From NCBI GenBank assembly GCA_963833915.1, contig CAWHZO010000003.1, forward strand, positions 43,592-107,591: a stretch of 64,000 bases of DNA, written 5' to 3'. Below, one piece after another: positions 18,991-28,022 of this stretch. Both the position numbers and the translations under genes were made by a program. Under the pieces are notes generated by a model. That model searched no databases. It was not told where the DNA came from and was given only the letters and a program-made list of their open reading frames with translations. This DNA comes from an uncultured Actinomycetota bacterium. Its GTDB lineage: Bacteria; Actinomycetota; Actinomycetes; Mycobacteriales; Mycobacteriaceae. How positions within the stretch are numbered: position 1 is the first letter of the stretch; every line of letters starts with the position of its first letter.

Positions 18991-20135
18991 GATTGGAATC
19001 CCAGGATCTTGGCGGCCAACGAGGTCAGGATTTCGGTTGTGCCGCCGCCGATACCGAGGATCCGCATGTCACGGTACTGGCGTTCGACTTCGGATTCGGA
19101 CATGTACCCCATGCCGCCGAACAGCTGAACAGCTTGGTGGGCCACCCACTCGCCCGCCTCGACAGCGGTGTTCTTGGCGAAACACACCTGCGCGATCAAG
19201 TTGGTCTCGCCGGCCAGTTGGCGCTCCACGACGTTGCGCGCATAGACGCGGGCGACATCGATACGACGGGCCATCTCGGCCAGCGTGTTCTGGACGGCTT
19301 GCCGCGAAATCAGCGGCCGGCCGAACGTCTCCCGGTCACGGCACCATTGAGCAGTAATGTCCAGACATCGTTGAGCGCTCGAATACGCCTGTGCGGCAAG
19401 GCCGATACGCTCTGCGACGAATGCCTGCGCGATCTGGGCGAAGCCACTGTTCTCGGTACCGACCAGATTGGCGGCCGGCACGGCCGCGTCGGTGTAGGAC
19501 AACTCCGCGGTGTCCGAGGACCGCCAACCCATCTTGTCCAGCTTGCGGGTCACTTGAAAACCAGGGGTATCCCGTTCCACCACCAGCAGCGAAACCCCGC
19601 CCGCGCCGGCGCCGCCGGTACGCGCCGCGGTAACGACGTAGTCGGCTCGTACCCCGGAGGTGATGTAGGTCTTGGCGCCGTTGACGACGTATTGATCACC
19701 GGAGCGCGTCGCCGTGGTGGCCAGGTGCCCGACGTCAGAGCCCCCGCCGGGTTCGGTGATGGCCAGTGAGCCGATCAGCTCACCGGCCAACGTCGGGCGG
19801 ACGAACTTCTCGATCAGCTGCGCATCGCCGGACGCGATCATGTGCGGCACGGCGATGCCGCAGGTGAACAGGGACGCGAACACGCCGCCGGGTACGCCGG
19901 CCTCGTGCAGCTCTTCGCAGATCACCACCGAGTCGGCACCGTCGCCGCCGCCGCCACCGACCGACTCGGGAAAGCCCGCGCCCAGCAGGCCCGCCTGCCC
20001 GGCACGGCGGTGCAACTCGCGCGGCAACTCACCGATGCGTTCCCACTCGTCGACGTGCGGCAATATCTCCCGCTCGGCGAACGAGCGCACGGTCTTGCGG
20101 AGCTGGTCGCGCTCGGGTGTGGTCCAGACGTTCAC
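18987..20135 (-). CDS. fadE13: Acyl-CoA dehydrogenase (Rv0975c-like)
   Basis: GTG at 20135 (VNVWTTPERDQL) overlaps the upstream TGA (GTGA), giving 382 aa. ACAD motifs are present. Confidence 0.85.
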   Translation of the reverse strand: MNVWTTPERDQLRKTVRSFAEREILPHVDEWERIGELPRELHRRAGQAGLLGAGFPESVGGGGGDGADSVVICEELHEAGVPGGVFASLFTCGIAVPHMIASGDAQLIEKFVRPTLAGELIGSLAITEPGGGSDVGHLATTATRSGDQYVVNGAKTYITSGVRADYVVTAARTGGAGAGGVSLLVVERDTPGFQVTRKLDKMGWRSSDTAELSYTDAAVPAANLVGTENSGFAQIAQAFVAERIGLAAQAYSSAQRCLDITAQWCRDRETFGRPLISRQAVQNTLAEMARRIDVARVYARNVVERQLAGETNLIAQVCFAKNTAVEAGEWVAHQAVQLFGGMGYMSESEVERQYRDMRILGIGGGTTEILTSLAAKILGFQS

Positions 20136-21844
20136 AACAGCCTCTCTGGAATGTCGACATGACGGCTGCGCAGCCATTCACCCAGCCCCTTGGCCTGGGG
20201 ATCGAATCGGGCCTGATAGGCAACGCCCTGACCGAGGATGCCCTCGACGACGAAATTCACCGCGCGCAGGTTGGGCAGCAGATGCCGGGTGACCGGCAGG
20301 TCGGCCGTCTCGGGCAGGAGCTGCTTGAGCAGCTCAACGGTGAGGGTGGTGGCCAGCCAGCGCCACTGCTCCTCGGTGCGCACCCACACCCCGACGTTGG
20401 CCGACCCGCCCTTGTCGCCGCTGCGGGCACCGGCAATCGCGCCAAGCGGCACCCGCCGCGTCGGCCCCGCAGATAACGGCTCCGGCAATGGCGGCGGATC
20501 GACCGGCTCCAGCTCGAGAGTGTCGGTGGCGCAGGGAATCTCGACGCGAGCGCCGTCGGCGTGCACGGCGATGTGTGGTACGTGACTGGCGTCGACGTAG
20601 CCGGGGGTGAATACCCCGTACACCTGACCGTCGCCGGGCGGTGCGGTGACGGTGAAGCCCGGATAGCTCGCGAGGGCTAATTCCACTGCAGCCGAGGAGA
20701 ACTGACGACCGACATTCGCCGGGTCGGGGTCGCGGACCACGCAGCGCAGCAACGCGCTGGCCGCCTCCTCAGTGGCGGCGTCGTCATGGTCGGTGCGGGC
20801 CAGAGTCCACTCCAACTCGGCGGGCTTGACGGTGAGCCCAGCCTCCAGCTGCCGTCGCACCAACTCCGCCTTTTTCTCGATGTCCAAGCCGGTCAGCACG
20901 AACGTCGTCGAGTTACGGAACCCGCCGATACTGTTCAGCGACACCTTGTACGTGGGTGGCGGCGGCTCCCCGGTCACGCCGCTGATTCGCACCCGATCGG
21001 GGCCGTCGGCGGATAGCGCGATGGTGTCCATCCGAGCCGTGGCGTCGGGGTTGGCGTATCGAGCGCCGGTGATCTCGTAGAGCAGTTGTGCGGTAACGGT
21101 GTCGACGCTGACCAGGCCGCCGGTGCCGGGGTGCTTGGTGATCACCGACGAGCCGTCGGCATGGATCTCGGCCAGCGGGAAACCAGCGTAGGTCAGATCG
21201 GGTATTTCGGTGAAAAACGAGAAATTGCCGCCGGTGGCCTGGATGCCGCATTCGATCACATGGCCGGCGGCCACGGCGCCGGCCAGGCGGTGGTAGTCGG
21301 TCCGGTCCCAGCCGAAGTGTGCGGCTGCGGGCCCGACGGTCACCGACGCGTCGGTCACCCGACCGGTGACGACGACGTCCGCGTCGCTGTTCAGGCAGTC
21401 GACGATGCCCCAGGCGCCCAGGTAGGCGTTGGCCGTCAGCGGCTTGCCCAGCCCGAGTTCTTCAGCGCGGGGGGAGAGGTCGTCACCGTCGACGTGGGCG
21501 ACCCGGACTGGCACCCCCAGGCGCTGCGCCAGAGCGCGCACGGCGTCGGCGAGTCCCCCGGGGTTCAGGCCGCCGGCGTTGGTGACGATGCGCACCCCGC
21601 GGTCGTGAGCCAGCCCCAGGCACTCCTCGAGTTGGGTCAGGAAGGTCTTTGCGTAGCCGCGATCGGGATGCTTCATCCGGTCGCGGCCGAGAATCAGCAT
21701 GGTCAGCTCGGCCAGGTAATCACCGGTCAGGTAATCGAGCTCGCCGCCGAGAAGCATTTCGCGCATCGCGGAAAGCCGGTCACCGTAGAACCCCGAGCAG
21801 TTCCCGACGCGAACCGGCGCTGGGAATCCCGAAGAAGAAGCCAC
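20132..21844 (-). CDS. DUF1446 / AtuA-like acyclic terpene utilisation protein (Rv0976c-like)
   Basis: ORF 20132..21892. GTG 21844 is preceded by GGGAGGG at 8-nt spacing. N-terminus RVGNCSGFYGDR. Confidence 0.8.
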   Translation of the reverse strand: MASSSGFPAPVRVGNCSGFYGDRLSAMREMLLGGELDYLTGDYLAELTMLILGRDRMKHPDRGYAKTFLTQLEECLGLAHDRGVRIVTNAGGLNPGGLADAVRALAQRLGVPVRVAHVDGDDLSPRAEELGLGKPLTANAYLGAWGIVDCLNSDADVVVTGRVTDASVTVGPAAAHFGWDRTDYHRLAGAVAAGHVIECGIQATGGNFSFFTEIPDLTYAGFPLAEIHADGSSVITKHPGTGGLVSVDTVTAQLLYEITGARYANPDATARMDTIALSADGPDRVRISGVTGEPPPPTYKVSLNSIGGFRNSTTFVLTGLDIEKKAELVRRQLEAGLTVKPAELEWTLARTDHDDAATEEAASALLRCVVRDPDPANVGRQFSSAAVELALASYPGFTVTAPPGDGQVYGVFTPGYVDASHVPHIAVHADGARVEIPCATDTLELEPVDPPPLPEPLSAGPTRRVPLGAIAGARSGDKGGSANVGVWVRTEEQWRWLATTLTVELLKQLLPETADLPVTRHLLPNLRAVNFVVEGILGQGVAYQARFDPQAKGLGEWLRSRHVDIPERLL

Positions 21845-22059
21845 GCGTGTCGCCCTCCCTTCAGCCGACAGCCGGCCTGCGCAACCAACCAACCGGTAGG
21901 TTAGCGGGTGCCGTCGGTGTCACGTCAAGGATGCGCCTCGAGACTGGCCGTTCGGGAGCCGTTTTTTGCCCTCAGCAGGTCACCGACTACTATTAGGCGC
22001 AATCGTCGCTGCCGAGGCTGCTTTCGCCGCGACCCCCCTACCAGGAGTAAGGCCCGATT

Positions 22060-22233
22060 ATGGCTGTGCCAAAGCGCAGGATGTCGCGCGCGAACACTCG
22101 GAGCCGGCGCGCGCAGTGGAAAGCTGCCAAGCCAGAACTCGTCGGTGTGACGGTGGCCGGCCAGCGGCACAAGGTGCCGCGCCGGCTGCTTAAGGCGGCG
22201 CGCCTCGGTCTGATTGACCTCGACCGCCGCTAA
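22060..22233 (+). CDS. rpmF: 50S ribosomal protein L32
   Basis: 57-aa [25 protein letters not shown]... after aggagtaagg. It is too short for the ORF track and was found by reading the sequence. Confidence 0.9.
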   Translation: MAVPKRRMSRANTRSRRAQWKAAKPELVGVTVAGQRHKVPRRLLKAARLGLIDLDRR

Positions 22234-22300
22234 CTTCTTTGCTGTGAGCACTGTCTCTCGGCGAAAATACGGGCAATTCGCGGCAGTCAGTTTGCCGACC

Positions 22301-22319
22301 TCTCAGGCCGTTCTCAGGC
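22301..22319 (+). promoter_or_regulatory. MprA-box-like direct repeat upstream of mprA
   Basis: tctcaggc cgt tctcaggc: two identical 8-bp direct repeats separated by 3 nt, matching the described MprA box architecture. Confidence 0.6.
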
Positions 22320-22334
22320 GATTGGATGAAACTG

Positions 22335-23027
22335 GTGGCCGTGCGAATTCTTGTCGTTGACGACGATCGGGCGGTGCGCGAGTCATTGCGCAGGTCGCTT
22401 TCCTTCAATGGCTACTCGGTTGCGTTGGCGGAAGATGGCGTGGAAGCCCTGGAGATGATTGCCGCCGACCGGCCCGACGGGCTGGTACTCGACGTCATGA
22501 TGCCGCGGCTGGACGGCCTGGAGGTGTGCCGTCAGTTGCGCAGTACCGGCGATGATCTGCCGATCCTGGTATTGACCGCCCGCGACACGGTCTCCGAGCG
22601 GGTCGCCGGCCTCGACGCCGGCGCCGACGACTATCTGCCCAAGCCCTTCGCGCTTGAAGAGCTTTTGGCCCGCATGCGCGCTCTATTGCGCCGCACAAGA
22701 ATCGACGATTCCACCGAATCCGTGGCCATGACGTTCGCAGACCTAACCCTTGATTCGGTGACTCGTGAAGTTACCCGGGGGCAACGCCAAATCAGCCTCA
22801 CCCGCACCGAATTCGCTTTGCTGGAGATGTTGATCGCCAATCCCCGACGGGTATTGACACGCAGCCGGATTCTCGAGGAGGTGTGGGGTTTCGACTTTCC
22901 CACCTCGGGTAATGCGCTGGAAGTGTATGTGGGATACCTGCGTCGCAAGACTGAAGCCGACAGCGAGCCACGATTGATCCACACCGTGCGAGGAGTGGGT
23001 TACGTGCTTCGCGAAACACCTCCCTGA
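22335..23027 (+). CDS. mprA: OmpR-family response regulator MprA
   Basis: Receiver domain (ILVVDDD, LDVMMP) plus winged-helix domain ([10 protein letters not shown]). The ORF opens at ATG 22326 but the MprA box ends at 22319. GTG 22335 gives 230 aa; 22326 and 22341 are alternatives. Confidence 0.85.
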   Translation: MAVRILVVDDDRAVRESLRRSLSFNGYSVALAEDGVEALEMIAADRPDGLVLDVMMPRLDGLEVCRQLRSTGDDLPILVLTARDTVSERVAGLDAGADDYLPKPFALEELLARMRALLRRTRIDDSTESVAMTFADLTLDSVTREVTRGQRQISLTRTEFALLEMLIANPRRVLTRSRILEEVWGFDFPTSGNALEVYVGYLRRKTEADSEPRLIHTVRGVGYVLRETPP

Positions 23028-24562
23028 TGCCCCGGAAGTCCCTGTTCCCTCAGCGAGGCCGGGTTCCGTTGCGCGCCAGCACCTCGTTGTCCCTGCGATG
23101 GCGGGTAATGCTGCTGGCGATGTCGATGGTCGCGATGGTGCTCATCCTGATGGCCGTCGCGGTGTACGCGGTGATCTCCGCCGCGCTCTACAAAGATATC
23201 GACAACCAGCTGCAGAGCCGGGCTCAGCTCTTGATCGCAAGCGGATCATTGGCGGCCGATCCTGCAAAAGCCATTGAGGGCACGGCGTATTCGGATGTCA
23301 ACGCGATGCTGGTGAACCCTGGCAGGTCGATCTTCACGGCCAACCAGGAGGGCCAGACGCTGCCGGTCGGACCGGCTGAGAAGGCCGTTATCCGTGGCGA
23401 CCTGTTCATGTCGCGGCGCACGGCCGCCGGTCAGCGAGTCCTGGCAGTGCATCTGCCTAACGGCAGCTCGCTGCTGATCTCCAAGAGCCTGGCGCCGACC
23501 GATGCCGTGATGACCAAGCTGCGCTGGGTGCTGCTCATCGTCGGCGGGGTTGGCATGGCCGTGGCCGCGGTCGCCGGGGGCATGGTCACCCAGGCCGGGC
23601 TCCGTCCGGTGGGCCGGCTCACGAGGGCGGCCGAGCGGGTGGCGCGCACCGACGACTTGGACCCCATTCCCGTGTTCGGAAGCGACGAATTGGCCCGGCT
23701 CACCGAGGCGTTCAACATGATGCTGCGGGCGCTCGCCGAATCCCGGGAGCGTCAGACGCGACTGGTCGCCGATGCCGGTCACGAACTGCGTACCCCGCTG
23801 ACCTCGCTGCGCACCAACGTCGAACTGCTGATGGCGTCGACGGAGCCGGGTGCGCCGCCGATACCCGAGCAGGAGATGATCGACCTGCGTACCGATGTGA
23901 TCGGCCAGATCGAGGAGTTGTCCACGCTGGTAGGTGATTTGGTGGACCTCACCCGTGACGATGCCGGTGAGGCTGTGCACGAGCCGGTCGACGTGAGCGA
24001 GGTGATCGACCGGTCCCTGGAGCGAGTACGTCGTCGCCGCAACGACGTTGAGTTCGACGTTGAGGTGACGCCCTGGCAGATCTACGGCGACAGCGCGGGC
24101 CTGTCGCGGGCGGTGCTGAACTTGATGGACAACGCCGCCAAGTGGAGCCCGTCCGGCGAGCACGTCGGCGTCAGGCTAAGGCAACTGAACGCGACACACG
24201 CTGAGTTGGTGGTGGCCGACCACGGACCGGGGATCCCGCTGCAGGAGCGAGCCTTGGTGTTCGAGCGGTTCTTCCGATCGACCACGGCGCGGGCGATGCC
24301 CGGTTCGGGTCTGGGGCTGGCGATCGTCAAACAGGTGGTGCTCAAACACGGCGGGGCGCTTCGCGTCGAAGACACCGTTCCGGGTGGCCAGCCTCCGGGG
24401 ACGTCGATATTTGTCTTGCTGCCGGGGCGGCCGATACCGGCTTTGGAGTACCCGGCAGATGATGAAGATGAGCCGGATGTTAACGAGTCGTCAACACCGG
24501 GGAACTCTCCAGGTCCGGCCAACGTTATCTCAGTCGATTCTCAGACCACCCAGGCAAAGTAG
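23027..24562 (+). CDS. mprB: Sensor histidine kinase MprB
   Basis: 511 aa with two TM segments, HAMP, H-box (AGHELRTPLTSL) and ATPase N/G boxes. ATG overlaps the mprA TGA. Confidence 0.9.
   Translation: MPRKSLFPQRGRVPLRASTSLSLRWRVMLLAMSMVAMVLILMAVAVYAVISAALYKDIDNQLQSRAQLLIASGSLAADPAKAIEGTAYSDVNAMLVNPGRSIFTANQEGQTLPVGPAEKAVIRGDLFMSRRTAAGQRVLAVHLPNGSSLLISKSLAPTDAVMTKLRWVLLIVGGVGMAVAAVAGGMVTQAGLRPVGRLTRAAERVARTDDLDPIPVFGSDELARLTEAFNMMLRALAESRERQTRLVADAGHELRTPLTSLRTNVELLMASTEPGAPPIPEQEMIDLRTDVIGQIEELSTLVGDLVDLTRDDAGEAVHEPVDVSEVIDRSLERVRRRRNDVEFDVEVTPWQIYGDSAGLSRAVLNLMDNAAKWSPSGEHVGVRLRQLNATHAELVVADHGPGIPLQERALVFERFFRSTTARAMPGSGLGLAIVKQVVLKHGGALRVEDTVPGGQPPGTSIFVLLPGRPIPALEYPADDEDEPDVNESSTPGNSPGPANVISVDSQTTQAK
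24528..24546 (+). promoter_or_regulatory. MprA-box-like direct repeat upstream of pepD
   Basis: tctcagtc gat tctcagac lies inside the 3' end of mprB, about 75 nt before the pepD ATG. Confidence 0.55.
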
Positions 24563-24620
24563 TTTTCCAGTTACTGTTTGAGTCTGAACCGACTGCCGAA
24601 GGAAAGAGCGACCTAGCGAC

Positions 24621-26048
24621 ATGACGAATCACCCGAGGTATTCGCCACCGCCGCAGCAGCACGGATACCGTCCGGTGTCCGATCAGCGTGGGGCCACAGG
24701 CTATTCCGGCCATGGGCAGCAGCAAACGTATCCTCAGGGTTACGACTGGCGCTACGGCCAGCAGCCGGCATACCGGCAGCCGTACGGTCCATTCGGTAGC
24801 GGTCAGGCCGGGCCGTCCGTGGGCGGCCCGCCGCCGCAGTTGGGCCCACCCCGAAAGCGGTCCCGCGCAGGCGCATTGGCTGTCGGCGCATTGGCGATCG
24901 CGGTGGTATCGGCTGGAATCGGCGGTGCGGCCGCATCGGTGATCGAGCACCACGGACAGCTCGCGGCGGCCGTCGACGGCGCGCTACCGGGCGGTGCGAC
25001 TCCCGGCGTGCCCGCCGGCAATGCGCCGGTAGGCACCGTCGAGCAGGTGGCCGCCAAGGTGGTGCCCAGTGTGGTCATGCTCGAGACCAACCTGGGCCGT
25101 CAATCCGAGGAGGGTTCGGGCATCGTCCTGTCGTCGGACGGTTTGATCCTGACCAACAATCACGTCGTCGCGACAGCGGCCAATCCCGGCCATGCTCCTG
25201 CACCGCGCGAGCGGCCCGACCCAGGGGGCGGGGACGAAGGCGGCGGCGGTGGCCGAGAGCCCGACCCGAGTCCCGCCGGCGGGAAACCGAAAACCACGGT
25301 GACGTTCAACGACGGGCGCACCGCAGAGTTCACCGTTGTCGGTGCAGACCCCACCACCGACATCGCAGTGGTTCGTGTGCAAGGCGTCTCGGGCTTGACC
25401 CCGATCAGCCTCGGTTCTTCGGCGAACTTGCGGGTCGGCCAGCCGGTCATGGCGGTCGGTTCACCGCTTGGCCTGGAGGGCACGGTGACCACCGGTATTG
25501 TCAGCGCGCTCAACCGGCCAGTGTCGACGACCGGCGAGACGGGCAATCAGAACACCGTGCTCGACGCCATTCAGACCGACGCCGCGATCAACCCGGGTAA
25601 CTCCGGGGGCGCGTTGGTCAACATGAGCGGACAGCTGGTCGGCGTCAACTCCGCGATCGCCACACTCGGCGGTGATTCGCCGGATGCACAGAGCGGCTCG
25701 ATCGGACTTGGCTTTGCGATTCCTGTCGATCAGGCCAAGCGCATCGCCGACGAGCTGATCAGCACCGGCACCGCCGCGCACGCCTCACTGGGCGTTCAGG
25801 TCACCAACGACAAGGAAACACCCGGCGCCAAAGTCGTCGAGGTCGTGCCCAATGGTGCGGCGGCATCCGCCGGCCTGCCCGGCGGAGTCGTCGTCACCAA
25901 GGTCGACGACCGCCCGGTCAACAGCGCCGACGGCTTGGTCGCTGCGGTGCGATCCAAGGCGCCTGGCGACAAAGTGACGCTGACGTACAAGGATCCCTCC
26001 GGGGACACCCGGAAGGTCCAGGTCACTTTGGGCAAGGCTCAGCAGTGA
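24621..26048 (+). CDS. pepD: HtrA-like serine protease PepD with PDZ domain
   Basis: 475 aa with a Pro/Gln-rich N-terminus, a TM segment, a trypsin-like domain (TNNHV, DIAV, GNSGGAL) and a C-terminal PDZ domain. Confidence 0.9.
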   Translation: MTNHPRYSPPPQQHGYRPVSDQRGATGYSGHGQQQTYPQGYDWRYGQQPAYRQPYGPFGSGQAGPSVGGPPPQLGPPRKRSRAGALAVGALAIAVVSAGIGGAAASVIEHHGQLAAAVDGALPGGATPGVPAGNAPVGTVEQVAAKVVPSVVMLETNLGRQSEEGSGIVLSSDGLILTNNHVVATAANPGHAPAPRERPDPGGGDEGGGGGREPDPSPAGGKPKTTVTFNDGRTAEFTVVGADPTTDIAVVRVQGVSGLTPISLGSSANLRVGQPVMAVGSPLGLEGTVTTGIVSALNRPVSTTGETGNQNTVLDAIQTDAAINPGNSGGALVNMSGQLVGVNSAIATLGGDSPDAQSGSIGLGFAIPVDQAKRIADELISTGTAAHASLGVQVTNDKETPGAKVVEVVPNGAAASAGLPGGVVVTKVDDRPVNSADGLVAAVRSKAPGDKVTLTYKDPSGDTRKVQVTLGKAQQ

Positions 26049-26590
26049 TGAGTGCCGCCGCGCCGTGGTCGGACGCCAGATATACGGTTGCAACCATGGA
26101 ACAGGGCGCTGAGTTGGTCGGCAGGGCACTGGTCGTTGTTGTTGACGATCGGACTGCACACGGAGATGAGGACCACAGCGGGCCGCTGGTCACTGAGCTG
26201 CTCACCGAAGCGGGGTTCGTAGTCGACGGCGTGGTGGCCGTCGCCGCCGACGAGGTGGAGATCCGCAATGCGCTCAACACCGCCGTGATCGGGGGAGTCG
26301 ACCTGGTGGTGTCAGTCGGCGGCACCGGCGTGACCCCCCGCGACGTCACCCCGGAAGCGACGCGGGACATCCTCGATCGTGAAATCCTCGGGATCGCCGA
26401 AGCGATCCGCACATCGGGATTGGCCGCGGGCATCATCGACGCGGGATTGTCACGCGGTCTGGCGGGAATCTCGGGCAGCACGCTGGTGGTCAACCTCGCC
26501 GGTTCGCGATACGCGGTGCGCGACGGCATGGCGACACTGAATCCGTTGGCGATCCAGATCATCGGCCAACTCTCGAGCTTGGAGATTTGA
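26045..26590 (+). CDS. moaB2: MoaB/MogA-family molybdopterin biosynthesis protein
   Basis: 181 aa with motifs GGTGVTPRD and GLSRG..G. The start overlaps the pepD stop. Confidence 0.85.
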   Translation: MMSAAAPWSDARYTVATMEQGAELVGRALVVVVDDRTAHGDEDHSGPLVTELLTEAGFVVDGVVAVAADEVEIRNALNTAVIGGVDLVVSVGGTGVTPRDVTPEATRDILDREILGIAEAIRTSGLAAGIIDAGLSRGLAGISGSTLVVNLAGSRYAVRDGMATLNPLAIQIIGQLSSLEI

Positions 26591-26597
26591 CGCCGGC

Positions 26598-26732
26598 ATG
26601 AGCGGGCGGGACTGTTACGACCGCGAGGTGCTACCGCAGACGTCGGCGGACGAGCGTGATCCGGACGTGGGTCGCGACGTCGAACATCATGAGCAATGGC
26701 TGCGGGACAATGCGCCCCCGCACCACATCTGA
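26598..26732 (+). CDS. Small hypothetical protein (44 aa)
   Basis: ATG 26598, MSGRDCYDREVLPQTSADERDPDVGRDVEHHEQWLRDNAPPHHI, TGA 26730-26732. It starts 8 nt after moaB2. Coding status is unverified. Confidence 0.3.
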   Translation: MSGRDCYDREVLPQTSADERDPDVGRDVEHHEQWLRDNAPPHHI

Positions 26733-26747
26733 CGCGCCGGCCGGAAA

Positions 26748-27185
26748 CTACCTGTCCTCGATGGTGGGGCTCTCCGGGGCATTGGCGGAGTGATGCCCTG
26801 ATGGGCGCCCATCGGATTCGGCGAGCTGATCCCGGATCTGCGTGAGCAGGCTGAGTTCGGTGTCCTCGGCTTGCTTGACCTCACCACGCTTGCGCAGCGT
26901 GTTGTAGGGCAGCACGACCAAGAAGTACACCACCGCCGCGATGATGATGAAGTTGATGGCGGCGGACAATGCGACGTTGAAGTCGATGAATTGACCTCCG
27001 CCGATACCGATTTTCAAGATCCCGACATCGGACTTTCCGCCGGCGCCGATCCGGTCGACCAACGGCTGAATGACACTTTCGGTGAATTTGGTGACCAAGC
27101 CGGTAAACGCGGTACCGATCACCACCGCTACAGACAGATCGATGATGTTGCCGCGTGCCAGAAACTCCTTGAAGCCCTTCAACAT
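26748..27185 (-). CDS. mscL: Large-conductance mechanosensitive channel
   Basis: [27 protein letters not shown] from ATG 27185. It has two TM helices and a charged C-terminus. Confidence 0.9.
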   Translation of the reverse strand: MLKGFKEFLARGNIIDLSVAVVIGTAFTGLVTKFTESVIQPLVDRIGAGGKSDVGILKIGIGGGQFIDFNVALSAAINFIIIAAVVYFLVVLPYNTLRKRGEVKQAEDTELSLLTQIRDQLAESDGRPSGHHSANAPESPTIEDR

Positions 27186-27295
27186 CGGGATTTCCTTTCC
27201 GCAGTCGGTAGCCATAAATTAATTGGAGCCCAAGAAAAAGCTAGCCCAGTCAAGCTGGCGTTGCGAGAGTTTGCTGTGTTTATCAGGCCGGACCC

Positions 27296-27958
27296 TCAGT
27301 GCAGGGTGAGGGTCACCGTCTGCACTAAGGCGGCACCGGCCACCGCGTTGGCCGATGCGGCCGGCAACGCGATCAGAACCACCCGGTCATTCGTCGCGCC
27401 CTGAGCTTTCTGCTTCGCCGAGACGAGGACCACGATTGCGTCGGTCGCGACGACGTGCGAGTTGGGCGCTGAGCTGCCTTCTGACGCAGCGACGACGTCG
27501 ACGACGTCACCCGGGCGAACCAGGTCGATCAGCGCGCTGTCCGCCGGGTGCACCGGCACTATCCGGGCGTCTGGCCCCGCGGCCGACTCGGCGAGTCGGC
27601 GGCCCAGCAGTCGGACGTCGGTGAGCACTTCGCCGCGCCGTGTCGGACCCGCCAGCGTCGAGCCGACGATAGGGCCGATGTCAGCCTGCGATCCATCGGG
27701 AATCGTTGGAAGTGAACGTGTTTCGAGCCGAAGGTCATCGGCAGCCAACTCGGCGCCCGGGCTCAGGTCGCGCGCGGCCACCACTACTTGCGCACGGTCG
27801 CCGTCGGGGTCGGGCCGCAACGCAGCAACCCCGGCCAGCACGACGAGTCCGCCCGCGGCAATACGGCGGGCCAGCACAGTTCGCGACCAGTCGGGGCGCA
27901 ACCATTGCGAAATCCGAGTCGGCAGCGACGGATTCAGTGATTTTAGGGAGTCCCCCAC
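27296..27958 (-). CDS. SAF/CpaB-like domain protein (Rv0990c-like)
   Basis: 220 aa with an N-terminal TM segment and a SAF-like region (VVVAARDLSPGAEL). Directly downstream of ruc on the same strand. Confidence 0.7.
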   Translation of the reverse strand: MGDSLKSLNPSLPTRISQWLRPDWSRTVLARRIAAGGLVVLAGVAALRPDPDGDRAQVVVAARDLSPGAELAADDLRLETRSLPTIPDGSQADIGPIVGSTLAGPTRRGEVLTDVRLLGRRLAESAAGPDARIVPVHPADSALIDLVRPGDVVDVVAASEGSSAPNSHVVATDAIVVLVSAKQKAQGATNDRVVLIALPAASANAVAGAALVQTVTLTLH

Positions 27959-28022
27959 GCCGTAACCGTAAGCGCGGCCGGGCCGTGCGTGCGGCCGCCG
28001 GAAGGCCGCTTGTGGATAACCG

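Noticed and set aside
18890-19357. Plus-strand ORF starting MRRFSSSLRSASSSALV repeated through the MIRU array
   Set aside because: It is the reverse reading of the repeat and runs antisense into fadE13. The minus-strand mini-ORF with ATGA couplings explains the repeat better.
21893-22059. Terminator-like ggccgttcgggagccgttttttgcc upstream of rpmF
   Set aside because: The stem is only about 3 bp despite the T-run, so it is not a credible hairpin.
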